From assembly GCA_024234955.1 (NCBI GenBank), contig JACKNK010000006.1, positions 92,771-156,770 of the forward strand: DNA of 64,000 nt, given 5' to 3'. The DNA is from Gammaproteobacteria bacterium. GTDB taxonomy: Bacteria > Pseudomonadota > Gammaproteobacteria > JACKNK01. Positions 47,717 through 56,910 of the stretch are shown here, piece by piece. The position numbers and the translations under genes were made by a program. How positions within the stretch are numbered: position 1 is the stretch's first letter; every line of letters begins with the position of its first letter. Under the pieces are notes generated by a model. It made no database searches. It was not told where the DNA came from and was given only the letters and a program-made list of their open reading frames with translations.

Positions 47717-50141
47717 ATCGAGCCACCCGGAAGCCGAGATCGTTACGCGTGTCCTGACTGTAGTCGCGATAAGCAAGACGCAGTTCGCCGATGCTGCCGT
47801 GCTTCCAGCCGGTGTCCTTGACCACATGATGCTCACCGGTCGGCGGGCCGACCGGGTCCTTGATCGCGGTGCTCGCCTCGCCCGGATAGACGGCATACCA
47901 ATCGCCGGTCCATTCCGCGACGTTGCCGCCCATGTCATACAGCCCAGCGGGGTTCGGAGCAAAACTGCCGACCGGGGCGGACACCCGGAAACCGTCGTCG
48001 TAATTGGGCACGGTCACGGCGAACACGTCGTCGATGCGTTTGTCGGCCCAGTTGCCGGCGTTCGCTGGTGGCGGAAAACCCTCACCCCAGGCATAGCGCA
48101 CGGGCGTCGGACGCCCCGCGACTCGCGCCGCGTAGGCCCATTCCGCCTCGCTCGGGAGACGATACCCGGTATTCATCGGCGTGACCGGAACCAGCTTGCC
48201 CTTGGCCTCTACGTAAGCGGGCGGAAGACCGTCCTTCACGCTCAGCCAGTTGCAGTAGCGTGCGGCGTCGTCCCAGCTCACATCGACCACCGGCTGCTCC
48301 GGGCGATTCAGGGTCTGGCCTTCGGCAAAGCCGGAATCGTGCCCGGGCTTGAAGGCCTGGTACTGGGCATTGGTGACCTCCTTCTCGGAGAGGAAATACG
48401 GCCGGGTCAACGCGACCAGGCGCTCGGATTCATTCGCACGGCGCCCGGCTTCGCGCCGCGACGCGCCCATTTCAAAGCTCCCGCTCGGCTCGATCAGACG
48501 CAGCGTCTGCCCCGCCCCGCTTGTCTGCCGATCGACCTTTGCGGCTTCCTGCTTGGCGGTCTCAACCTGTTTGGGCGTCTTCAGGACCACGTTCAGACGT
48601 TGCGCAATGTCCGTGCGCGGGGTCACTTCGATTCGCTCCGGCAGATAACCCGCCTTGCGGATCTCCAGTCGATGCGTGCGCGTCGGCAATCGCAGGCGAC
48701 GGGTCGCGGTGCCGACGGATTTGCCGTCGATCGAAAGCTCGGCGTCCACCGGCTGGGTATTGAGGAACACCACCCCGAATTCCGGGGTAAGCGCGACGTG
48801 TTCACTGCGACGCTGCTCGGCCTCGACCTGAACGTCGATTTCAAGGTTCTCGCGACCGACCTTGCTGAACACCAGGCGATGCGCGACACCCGCCTTGACC
48901 GGCGTCTGCAGTGGCGTGACCCCAAGATAGGCCCCATCCAGGGTGACCGTTGCGCCGGACGGATCGCTACTCAACACCAGCTCACCATCCGCCGGTTCAA
49001 GCGCCAGTTTGCCCAGGTCCTGATCCTGTCCGGCCTGAACCTGGAGCTTGCGCTGCAACGGTTTGAACAAGGCCTTCTGCAAGGTCAGTTCATGCGTGCC
49101 CTGGACGACTTCCACACTCAGCGGTGTCCGACCGATCACGGCCCCGTCGAGATGGATTTCCGCATCGCCGGGTTCCGAATCGATGCCGACACGCGCCCAC
49201 GCCGGCTTCAGGCTGACCGATTCCGTGACCTGCTCGTCGCGCCCGACGATCACGATCTGACGGGTTTCCGGAAGATAGCGCTCGGCCTCGATGCGCAGCG
49301 TGTGTTCACCTGGCGGCAGTCCGTAACGACCATCCGCCGCAGCGCTCAACACCTGACCGTCGACCGACACCTGAACCGTCACCGCCGGACTCAGGTTGAG
49401 ACGCAACCATCCGGGCAGTTCCTGCAATGCAAACTCGTGACGGCGGAACGCCCCGGACTCAACCCGGATTTCCTGCGTCAGCGGCAGATAACCTGCCTTC
49501 TCGGCCTGCACCCGATAGGCGCCGGGCAAGGCCATGAGACGACCGCCGAGATGGAACGGCGGGGGGAAACCATCAATGGACTGGCGATCCGGTTCCGGCT
49601 GGATGTGCAGCTCGAACGGCGTCGCCAACATCACGAACAAGGCCGCCAGCACAATCACCACCGCCGCCCCGATCAGACTGCGGATCAGCCAGGGCGGCGC
49701 GCTGCGATGCGGGCGATCCGCCGCGACGTGCGGCAAGGGTTCCTCGAAGACCGGCGCGGCGTCCGGCGGCGGCGCACTCGGCGGACGCATCACCGGCGGC
49801 GGTGCGGGAGTGACATCCTCCTCGATATCGATGAACACCTGATCGCCATCGACCCGCCAACTCAGCAGCGCCCCGGCCACCTGCACGATGTCGCCCGACT
49901 TCAGCCAAGTCGAACCGCTGAGATGACGTCGGTTGTGAAACAGGCCGTGCTCGTCGTCGCCGGTCTGGATGAAGGCATGACCGCGATCGAACGCGATCCA
50001 GCCATGCACCGCGTCCTCGCCCAGCCCGGGCAGACGCAGATGCGCCTCGTCGCCGCGCCCCAGCGCAAATGGCAGATCGCGCTCATCGGCACGGCGCTCG
50101 CCATCGGCGTCACGGATGATGAATATCTTCCCGGAACTCAT
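47706..50141 (-). CDS. FHA domain - TM - PEGA repeats - formylglycine-generating-enzyme (SUMF1/FGE) domain protein
   Basis: N-terminal FHA ('LGRGDEAHLRL...HGWIAF..GHAFIQ'), Pro-rich linker, TM 'LIGAAVVIVLAALFVMLA', 4-5 PEGA-like units ('IHLDGAVIGRTPL','VTLDGAYLGVTPL','LSIDGKSVGT'), C-terminal FGE ('SWDDAARYCNWLS','YRLPSEAEWAYAAR','GNVAEWTGDWY','GFRVAR'). Start at ATG 50141 with RBS AGGGGGAGGA. Confidence 0.85.
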   Translation of the reverse strand: MSSGKIFIIRDADGERRADERDLPFALGRGDEAHLRLPGLGEDAVHGWIAFDRGHAFIQTGDDEHGLFHNRRHLSGSTWLKSGDIVQVAGALLSWRVDGDQVFIDIEEDVTPAPPPVMRPPSAPPPDAAPVFEEPLPHVAADRPHRSAPPWLIRSLIGAAVVIVLAALFVMLATPFELHIQPEPDRQSIDGFPPPFHLGGRLMALPGAYRVQAEKAGYLPLTQEIRVESGAFRRHEFALQELPGWLRLNLSPAVTVQVSVDGQVLSAAADGRYGLPPGEHTLRIEAERYLPETRQIVIVGRDEQVTESVSLKPAWARVGIDSEPGDAEIHLDGAVIGRTPLSVEVVQGTHELTLQKALFKPLQRKLQVQAGQDQDLGKLALEPADGELVLSSDPSGATVTLDGAYLGVTPLQTPVKAGVAHRLVFSKVGRENLEIDVQVEAEQRRSEHVALTPEFGVVFLNTQPVDAELSIDGKSVGTATRRLRLPTRTHRLEIRKAGYLPERIEVTPRTDIAQRLNVVLKTPKQVETAKQEAAKVDRQTSGAGQTLRLIEPSGSFEMGASRREAGRRANESERLVALTRPYFLSEKEVTNAQYQAFKPGHDSGFAEGQTLNRPEQPVVDVSWDDAARYCNWLSVKDGLPPAYVEAKGKLVPVTPMNTGYRLPSEAEWAYAARVAGRPTPVRYAWGEGFPPPANAGNWADKRIDDVFAVTVPNYDDGFRVSAPVGSFAPNPAGLYDMGGNVAEWTGDWYAVYPGEASTAIKDPVGPPTGEHHVVKDTGWKHGSIGELRLAYRDYSQDTRNDLGFRVARYVY

Positions 50142-50205
50142 CCTCCCCCTCCCTGCGAGCGACGGGTGATGCGGTGTCCCTTCCGGCCAGCGATCGGGGA
50201 AATAC

Positions 50206-51741
50206 TCATAGGGCCTCGCTGCAGCGGATGCTGATCGGCGGCAGCGGCACGCCGGGACGGACCTGAAATACGCGGCGCACGTCGCGATAGCCGACACGGG
50301 TGCCGACGGCGGTGTAGTCGCCTGGGGTGAGCTCCAGGCCCATGTCCTGGAACTTTCCAAACTGGCCGACGTGATAGATCGACACCTCGGTTTCGCCGTC
50401 GGAGCGCAGGCTGACCGCAATCGCGGTACTGGCAACCTCGACGGCGGCACGCAGCTTGTCGAGCTTGGCATTCAGGCCCGGCTCACCGCCGCCCGCCGCC
50501 GCCTTCAGCAGGGTCTGCGCGTTCTTCAGGGGCTCCGCCCCGTACAGGCGTTCCGGGCGCGATAGATAGTGATCGAGTTGACGATGCAGTGCCTGACGTT
50601 GCTGCGCCAGTTCCAGGCCATCGCGGGCAAACCCGGCATTCGGATCGAGCTGCAGCGCCGCCTGATACTGCTTTGTGGCTTCGGCCCAGTCCTCCTTGCC
50701 TGCCGCCGCCGTCGCCCGACGCCGATAGTCCTGGAGCGCGCTGCCACGCTGTGCATTGGCCAGGCGAGTCCGCAGATCGCGGACCGCCGGATCGTTCGGA
50801 CGGATCGCCGCCGCCTGTTCAAGCCCTTGCTGGGCGCTGCCGTATCGACCCTGCTCCAGCGACTTCAGCGCCTGACTCATGGCCGTCTGAAAACGCGCAT
50901 GGTTGAGTGCCTCGACAATCCGCGCCTGCGCGGTGCGTGCGCGTTGATCCAGCGGATCGAGTTCCAGCGCATGCCGATACGCGCGGTTTGCCGCTTCGAG
51001 ATCGTTGGCGGCCTCGGCGGTCTGCGCCTCGGACAAGGCGTTGAGCAAGGCCGGGCGTTGTTGCGCGCGCTGCGCACCGGCCTTTGCCGCCGCGTTCTCC
51101 GGATCGGCGGCCAGTGCAGCCGTGTAGGCCTTGGCGGCGGACTCGGAAGCATCTTGGGCGAGCGCGGCATCGGCGCTATCCAGATGCGCCTGAAGATAAT
51201 TTTCCCGCTTTGCCGCAAGCCCGGCGAAGTCGGCGGCGACCTGCTCCCAACCCTGTTTTGCCTGGGCAAACACGCCGCGTTGAAAGGCTTGATCGGCCTC
51301 GGCCATGCGTGCGATCAGCCTCGCCCAGTCCGCCTCCGCCCATTGTGGAGCACGCATCACTTCCAGTTCCGCCTGCTTCCGCAGGGCATCCTGCAGTGCT
51401 GCCTGTGCCTGCGCGCGGGTGACGCCGGCTTCGACCGGCTTGGCGTCATTCGATGGAGACACCGCCGATTCAGTCAGCGCCGATTCAGTCAGCGCCGATT
51501 CAGTCAGCGCCGATTCGGGCGTCGCCTGCCTTTCCGGAACCGTTCCACCCGAAGGAAGGAATATCAGGCCGATGGCGATCAGGACCAGCACCGCCAGCGC
51601 CAAGCCGATCAGCCAGGCGCGGTTGTCGGACTCCGACCGGTAATGCGTTTCGACGCTGCTTTGCCGCCCGCCGGGCGGCATCGGCGCGGGTCGTTCGACG
51701 ACGCTGCCGGACGGCGAGCGCAGTGGCGGTGGGGCAGCCAA
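50206..51741 (-). CDS. Membrane-anchored TPR-repeat protein
   Basis: TM 'WLIGLALAVLVLIAIGLIFL', 'ALTES' x3 repeat, multiple TPR-like 'A...Y..AL.LDP....A' units. Start uncertain (TTG 51741 or ATG 51681). Confidence 0.65.
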   Translation of the reverse strand: MAAPPPLRSPSGSVVERPAPMPPGGRQSSVETHYRSESDNRAWLIGLALAVLVLIAIGLIFLPSGGTVPERQATPESALTESALTESALTESAVSPSNDAKPVEAGVTRAQAQAALQDALRKQAELEVMRAPQWAEADWARLIARMAEADQAFQRGVFAQAKQGWEQVAADFAGLAAKRENYLQAHLDSADAALAQDASESAAKAYTAALAADPENAAAKAGAQRAQQRPALLNALSEAQTAEAANDLEAANRAYRHALELDPLDQRARTAQARIVEALNHARFQTAMSQALKSLEQGRYGSAQQGLEQAAAIRPNDPAVRDLRTRLANAQRGSALQDYRRRATAAAGKEDWAEATKQYQAALQLDPNAGFARDGLELAQQRQALHRQLDHYLSRPERLYGAEPLKNAQTLLKAAAGGGEPGLNAKLDKLRAAVEVASTAIAVSLRSDGETEVSIYHVGQFGKFQDMGLELTPGDYTAVGTRVGYRDVRRVFQVRPGVPLPPISIRCSEAL

Positions 51742-51744
51742 GGA

Positions 51745-52977
51745 TCAGTCCCCCCGGCTGGGGAAGCCGGTTTCGGTGGCGTAGATCTTCTTCAGCAGCT
51801 GACGCCATTGCGCGTACTGGGACTCCGCACTGCCGGTCAGACGATGGGTCTCTCCGTCCACTTCGACCACCAGCGGCTTGGCTTCCTGACTGAAGGATTC
51901 GCCAAGCTCTTCCAGGGCCGCCTTGTGAATGGTGGTCTGTTCGTCCTTGTCGAAACCGGTCTTGGCCGCATAGATACCGCCAAGCACGGCCAGCTCACCG
52001 GCGACGGTCTTGGCGGATTGGGTGCCGATGCTGTCGCTGTTCTTGGTACTGGCCATCAGGGCGATACCGCCGACCACGGCGAGGGCGCCGAGAATCTTGC
52101 GGTTGAGCGCGGTCTCCTCGACTTCGCGCAGATCGGCGGCCTCGGCGGCGCGGGTCTCGCGCCAATCGGTGTAAGGCGTCCAGGTGTCGCGATAGAACTG
52201 ATCGAAATGGCCGTTCAGGGTATCGATCAGCAGATAGTCGCGGTCGCGGATGGCGTTGATGCGCTTGAGCATGGGGTCGTCGGCGGACGGCAGACGACGG
52301 ACCTGATACTTGCCATCCGGGTCCTGAAGCAGGTAGTCACCAAAGGCCAGCGGCGCCATGTCGGCGGCGAAACGCAGTTCGGCAATCTCGCGGATGCGCT
52401 GAATATCCTTGGCATCGAGTTCCGCACGCGCCTTGATCAGATCGTTGGCGATCTTGTTGTACAGCGGCTGGAAGGCATCCTCGCTGCCGCGCACGGTATT
52501 GGTGTAATCCTTGGTATCGACACGGTGTTCGTAGTCGCGCTTGAACCAGTTTTCGCCCCGCGCATCGGCGGCCTCGATACGCAGTTCGAGCTGTTCGGCA
52601 TCCGAGCGCAGGATCTTGCCGGTCACCAGCACTTCCGCCCCTTCGGTGCCCTGCGGCACCACCCGCACCGCGCCCCAATAACCGCTGCGTTCGATGGTCT
52701 TGCCGAGATGGATCGGCATGAAGCGCGCCTCGGCGTTGCGGATGTCCACGGACAGACCGCGTGCCTCGCCTTCATCTTCCGGCAAAGCGCCCGGGTCGAA
52801 GACCTGAATCCAGAGATCGAGAATCTCGCTGCTGGGAATCTCGTGCGCGGCCTGGGTCACCGCAACCGGCTCGATGCGCTCGGTGACGATGGGATTGGAA
52901 ATACAGCCGGCCAGCAACATCGGCAAGGCAACCAGAGGTGCCAGGACACGGCGCATAAGGGGCATGGGCTTGATCAT
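51745..52977 (-). CDS. Hypothetical lipoprotein (410 aa)
   Basis: Lipobox 'LPMLLAGC'. C-terminal hydrophobic/Gly-rich patch 'ILGALAVVGGIALMAST...ELAVLGGIYAAKTG'. Start overlaps the upstream stop by 1 nt. Confidence 0.6.
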   Translation of the reverse strand: MIKPMPLMRRVLAPLVALPMLLAGCISNPIVTERIEPVAVTQAAHEIPSSEILDLWIQVFDPGALPEDEGEARGLSVDIRNAEARFMPIHLGKTIERSGYWGAVRVVPQGTEGAEVLVTGKILRSDAEQLELRIEAADARGENWFKRDYEHRVDTKDYTNTVRGSEDAFQPLYNKIANDLIKARAELDAKDIQRIREIAELRFAADMAPLAFGDYLLQDPDGKYQVRRLPSADDPMLKRINAIRDRDYLLIDTLNGHFDQFYRDTWTPYTDWRETRAAEAADLREVEETALNRKILGALAVVGGIALMASTKNSDSIGTQSAKTVAGELAVLGGIYAAKTGFDKDEQTTIHKAALEELGESFSQEAKPLVVEVDGETHRLTGSAESQYAQWRQLLKKIYATETGFPSRGD

Positions 52978-53894
52978 CAGTTCTGCTCGTCCTTGTAACG
53001 ACGGTATTCGTCCCAGAGCTTCGCACGAAGCGCCGGATCGGTCTCATTTTCTGCGGCTTCACGCAGCTGGCGGGCGATCACATCGTCGTCATCGCCACCT
53101 GGCGTTCCCGGCGGCGCGCCATCCGGTTTACCCTTGCCGCGACCCTGGCCCTGGCCTTTCCCGGTGCCGTCCTTGGGACTCTGACCGGAACGCCGTCCTT
53201 GTTGACCGGTTTCGCCGCTGTCACCCTCGGATTTGGGCAGGCCGCGAACCGTTTCGGTGACCTCGGGATCGGTCTGCGCTTCGCTCGTTCCGGCGTCGGC
53301 GCCTTTGCCGTCGCGCGCCGCTTTGCCGTCGGCATCGCCGTTCGCCTCACCCTTACCCTTGCTCTGCGCATCATGCTGGGCTGAGCCGGTGCTGCCGGAT
53401 GAACCGGCACCGCCGCCACCGCCACCGCCCCCGGATGCGCCCTTGGTACGCAGACGTTCCTGTTCACGCAGCAGGGTCTGATCGAATTCGCCCATCGCGG
53501 CCCGCAACTCCGCTTCGGCATCGCCGATGCGCTCGCCGGTCGTACGCTCCGATTCGACCGCGATCGCCGCCGCCCGGGGTGCCGCAGGGGCCTTGATGTC
53601 ACATAGGCCCGCAACGGTTTCCGGGACACCGCCCGCCAACTGGTATTCCCGGCAGTGGTCGCGCAGACGTTCCGTCAGACTGGCAAGGTATCGGCGGTAA
53701 TCCGCCTGTTCGGATTCCGACAATCGTCCTGCTGCCATTTCGGTCTCAAAGTCCGTGCCTGCGGATTCGAGTGCCGCATGGGTGGCACGGACCCGTTGCG
53801 CGGCATCGGACACCATATCGGCCCACGCCACGGACACACCGCCGATCAGGAACAGGGGCAGAACCAGGAATGTCTTGAGAATTCGTGCAGACAT
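52977..53894 (-). CDS. Hypothetical secreted protein with helical N-half and Gly/Lys/Asp-rich disordered C-half
   Basis: Signal peptide 'MSARILKTFLVLPLFLIGGVSVAWA', 'GGGGGGGGAGSSGS' and 'GKGQGQGRGKGKPDG' low-complexity tracts. First gene of the 53.9-47.5 kb operon. Confidence 0.5.
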   Translation of the reverse strand: MSARILKTFLVLPLFLIGGVSVAWADMVSDAAQRVRATHAALESAGTDFETEMAAGRLSESEQADYRRYLASLTERLRDHCREYQLAGGVPETVAGLCDIKAPAAPRAAAIAVESERTTGERIGDAEAELRAAMGEFDQTLLREQERLRTKGASGGGGGGGGAGSSGSTGSAQHDAQSKGKGEANGDADGKAARDGKGADAGTSEAQTDPEVTETVRGLPKSEGDSGETGQQGRRSGQSPKDGTGKGQGQGRGKGKPDGAPPGTPGGDDDDVIARQLREAAENETDPALRAKLWDEYRRYKDEQN

Positions 53895-54092
53895 GATGAA
53901 AACCGGATTGTGCATCGACATCACCTTGCGGGAGCGCGCTCGACCGCGTTGAGTTGGACAGGCGTGTCGGACGGATGTTCGACTACGAACAAGTCTAGGC
54001 GCCGATCATGGAACAAATGTGGCCGCAGCGGGAGAGCGCGCCGGCACGCTTATAATCGCGCCCTTTCCCTGCTTTCAAACCGGGTCCTGCCG

Positions 54093-54641
54093 ATGTCCAC
54101 TCCCCCCCTGCTGCGCGTGGTCCATGCCATCGATGCGCTGAATGAATTCGTCGGTCGCGGCGTCGCCTGGCTGACCCTGATCATGGTGCTGGTGACCTTC
54201 ACCGTGGTGCTGCTGCGCTACGGCTTCAACCTCGGCTGGATCGCGATGCAGGAATCGATCACCTACATGCACGCGGCGGTGTTCATGCTCGGCGCGGGTT
54301 ACACCCTGCTGCACGACGGCCATGTGCGGGTGGACATCTTCTACCGGGGCATGGCCCCGAAACGCAAGGCGGCGATCGATCTGTTCGGCGCGCTGTTCCT
54401 GCTGTTGCCGACCTTTCTGTTTCTGATCTGGGCATCCTGGGACTATGTCGCGGATTCCTGGGCGGTGCAGGAAGCCTCCGCAGAGACTGGCGGCATCCCG
54501 TATCGATACCTGCTCAAGAGCGTGATCCTGCTGATGGCCGGATTGATGATCCTGCAAGGCCTCTCGCAGGCGCTGCGCAGCCTGTTGATCCTGCTCGGAC
54601 GCATCGAACCGGTGGTCGAGCCGATGCACGAGGAGGTCTGA
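54093..54641 (+). CDS. dctQ: TRAP transporter small permease subunit (DctQ family)
   Basis: Four-TM ~180-aa protein directly preceding dctM. Start at ATG 54093. Confidence 0.8.
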   Translation: MSTPPLLRVVHAIDALNEFVGRGVAWLTLIMVLVTFTVVLLRYGFNLGWIAMQESITYMHAAVFMLGAGYTLLHDGHVRVDIFYRGMAPKRKAAIDLFGALFLLLPTFLFLIWASWDYVADSWAVQEASAETGGIPYRYLLKSVILLMAGLMILQGLSQALRSLLILLGRIEPVVEPMHEEV

Positions 54642-54642
54642 A

Positions 54643-56040
54643 ATGGAGGCGTTATCGCTCTTTCTCGAAGACTGGGGCGCGTTCGCGATGTTCGGCGCCG
54701 TGTTCGTGTTTCTGCTGTTCGGTTATCCGGTGGCGCTGACCCTCGCCGGGGTTGCATTGATGTTTGCCGGCCTGGGTACCTGGACCGACAGTTTCGACAG
54801 CGATTTCCTGGAAGCCATGCCGTCGCGACTGTTCGGCATCATGGACAACACCACGCTGATTGCGGTGCCGCTGTTCGTATTCATGGGGGTGATGCTGGAA
54901 CGCTCCAAGGTTGCAGAGCAACTGCTGGAAACCATGGCGGAACTGTTCGGGCGCCTGCGCGGCGGCCTGGGTATTTCGGTCACCCTGGTCGGCGCCTTGC
55001 TTGCCGCCAGCACCGGCATCGTCGGCGCCACTGTGGTCACCATGGGCCTGTTATCTCTGCCGACCATGCTGCGTCGCGGATACAGCCCGGCGCTGGCCTG
55101 CGGCACCATCTGCGCCTCCGGGACACTGGGACAGATCATCCCGCCGTCGATCGTGCTGGTGCTGCTCGGCGACGTGCTGTCCTCGGCCTATCAGCAGGCC
55201 CAGTTGAACATGGGCATCTTTTCGCCGCAGACGGTGTCGGTCGGCGATCTGTTCGCCGGTGCCTTGATTCCCGGCCTCCTGCTGGTCGCCTTGTATGTGA
55301 TCTGGCAAGTGATCGTCGCCCTGCTCAAACCGGATGCCGCCCCCGCGATTGAACTCAGCGCACGCAGCGACGATCTGGGGGCGCGCGTGCTCAAGGTGCT
55401 GTTTCCGCCGTTGTTGCTGATCCTGGCCGTGCTCGGGTCCATCCTCGGCGGTCTTGCGACCCCGACCGAAGCCGCCTCGGTGGGCGCCATCGGCGCGGTG
55501 CTGCTGGCGGTCTCCCAGCGTCAGTTCAATCTGGAGCGCCTACGCGATGTGATGCGGACCACCACCCTGGTCTCCAGCATGGTGTTCCTGATCCTGATCG
55601 GAGCCTCGCTGTTTTCATTGGTATTCAGAGGATTCGGTGGCGATGAACTGGTCGAGAGCTGGCTCAGTGATCTGCCCGGCGGGGAAGTCGGGGCGATGTT
55701 GGTGGTGATGGGCGTGATGTTCCTGCTCGGCTTCGTGCTCGACTTCATCGAGATCACCTTCGTGGTCGTGCCGCTGGTCGGGCCGATCCTGCTTGCCATG
55801 GGCCTGGACCCGGTCTGGCTGGGCGTGATGATCGCCATGAACCTGCAGACGTCCTTCCTGACCCCGCCCTTCGGCTTTGCGCTGTTCTATCTGCGCGGCG
55901 TCGCGCCACCGGAAGTCCGCACCCTGGACATCTACAAGGGCGTATTCCCGTTCATCCTGATTCAACTTCTGGCGATGGGCATCCTCGCCCTGTGGCCGGA
56001 ACTGGCCACCTGGCTGCCCGGCGTGCTGTATCCGGATTGA
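54643..56040 (+). CDS. dctM: TRAP transporter large permease subunit (DctM family)
   Basis: 12+ TM protein with 'AVPLFVFMG', 'GIVGATVVTMG', 'GTLGQIIPPS', 'TPTEAASVGA', 'FLTPPFGFALFYL'. Confidence 0.9.
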   Translation: MEALSLFLEDWGAFAMFGAVFVFLLFGYPVALTLAGVALMFAGLGTWTDSFDSDFLEAMPSRLFGIMDNTTLIAVPLFVFMGVMLERSKVAEQLLETMAELFGRLRGGLGISVTLVGALLAASTGIVGATVVTMGLLSLPTMLRRGYSPALACGTICASGTLGQIIPPSIVLVLLGDVLSSAYQQAQLNMGIFSPQTVSVGDLFAGALIPGLLLVALYVIWQVIVALLKPDAAPAIELSARSDDLGARVLKVLFPPLLLILAVLGSILGGLATPTEAASVGAIGAVLLAVSQRQFNLERLRDVMRTTTLVSSMVFLILIGASLFSLVFRGFGGDELVESWLSDLPGGEVGAMLVVMGVMFLLGFVLDFIEITFVVVPLVGPILLAMGLDPVWLGVMIAMNLQTSFLTPPFGFALFYLRGVAPPEVRTLDIYKGVFPFILIQLLAMGILALWPELATWLPGVLYPD

Positions 56041-56069
56041 TCCGGGTTGATCGCGATGCAAACCCCGAA

Positions 56070-56612
56070 TCAGTATCGGTAACCGTAACGAAGTCCCAGG
56101 CTGTCCAGACCTTCATTGGGGTCCCCCAGGGAGCCGTTCGAGACATGATCGAAATACACCGAGACCGCGTGGTGGGTATCGACCCGGTAAATGAATTCGA
56201 CCGGGATATGAAACAGCAAATCGGCGCCCAGGGACTTGTGCTGGCGGTCCGGGCTGCGGATCTCACCGTCATGCGCGGCCACGCCGAGACCGATGGACGG
56301 TCGGAATTTGCTGGTGGTCTCAAGTTCCCAACGCGCATCGACGTAAAACCGATTGGTGCCGCTGGAATCGTTCATGGACAACCCGATCGCAGGCCGGACC
56401 GTTCCCGGGCCGAATGACACCGAGGGTTGGAGAACGACTTCCACGTTGAAGTCATAGCCACTTTCCCGGCGGAACCCGCTCCACATTCCATCGACATCGT
56501 GCTGCAACACCCCCAGCTTGACCTCTTGAAGCAGTCCGTTGGCGGCGAGACTGCCCTTTATCGGAGCAAGTACCGCCAGTACGGAAATCAGGGCGACGAT
56601 CGGCTTATTCAT
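56070..56612 (-). CDS. pagL: Lipid A deacylase PagL-like / acyloxyacyl hydrolase outer-membrane protein
   Basis: Signal peptide, beta-barrel-like alternating pattern, catalytic-type 'FDHVSNGSLG' (H-x-S-N-G), C-terminal 'GLRYGYRY'. Confidence 0.65.
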   Translation of the reverse strand: MNKPIVALISVLAVLAPIKGSLAANGLLQEVKLGVLQHDVDGMWSGFRRESGYDFNVEVVLQPSVSFGPGTVRPAIGLSMNDSSGTNRFYVDARWELETTSKFRPSIGLGVAAHDGEIRSPDRQHKSLGADLLFHIPVEFIYRVDTHHAVSVYFDHVSNGSLGDPNEGLDSLGLRYGYRY

Positions 56613-56910
56613 ATCGGCATTTCTCGGCTGGTGGGATCGGTTCGAGTTCCGACATCGTTGGCCGGGGAGGACCGGCCTTGCAAGCCCGCAGCGTCGCGAC
56701 AGCGGCATTCCCGGCGGAGTTCAATATCCGTCAAGCTCGGAATTCCCCATTCATCATCGACAAAGAGCACGCCGCTTGTCGAAATCCGCACGGGCCTGAT
56801 TCGACTGGGGATCGGTCACTGTCTCTGGCTGTTTTCCGATCTGCTCTATGCGCCACAAGGCGCGTTGGGCTTGCAGCGGTTCTTCCCTGGGCTGGCGATG
56901 ATGGCGTTGT

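Noticed and set aside
56613-56910. Possible small gene or RNA in the 298-nt gap between pbpC and the PagL-like gene (ORFs 56539..56799, 56609..56791).
   Set aside because: The ORFs have poor composition and no start context. Only a weak 7-bp hairpin (TCGACAA...TTGTCGA) is visible, which is insufficient evidence.
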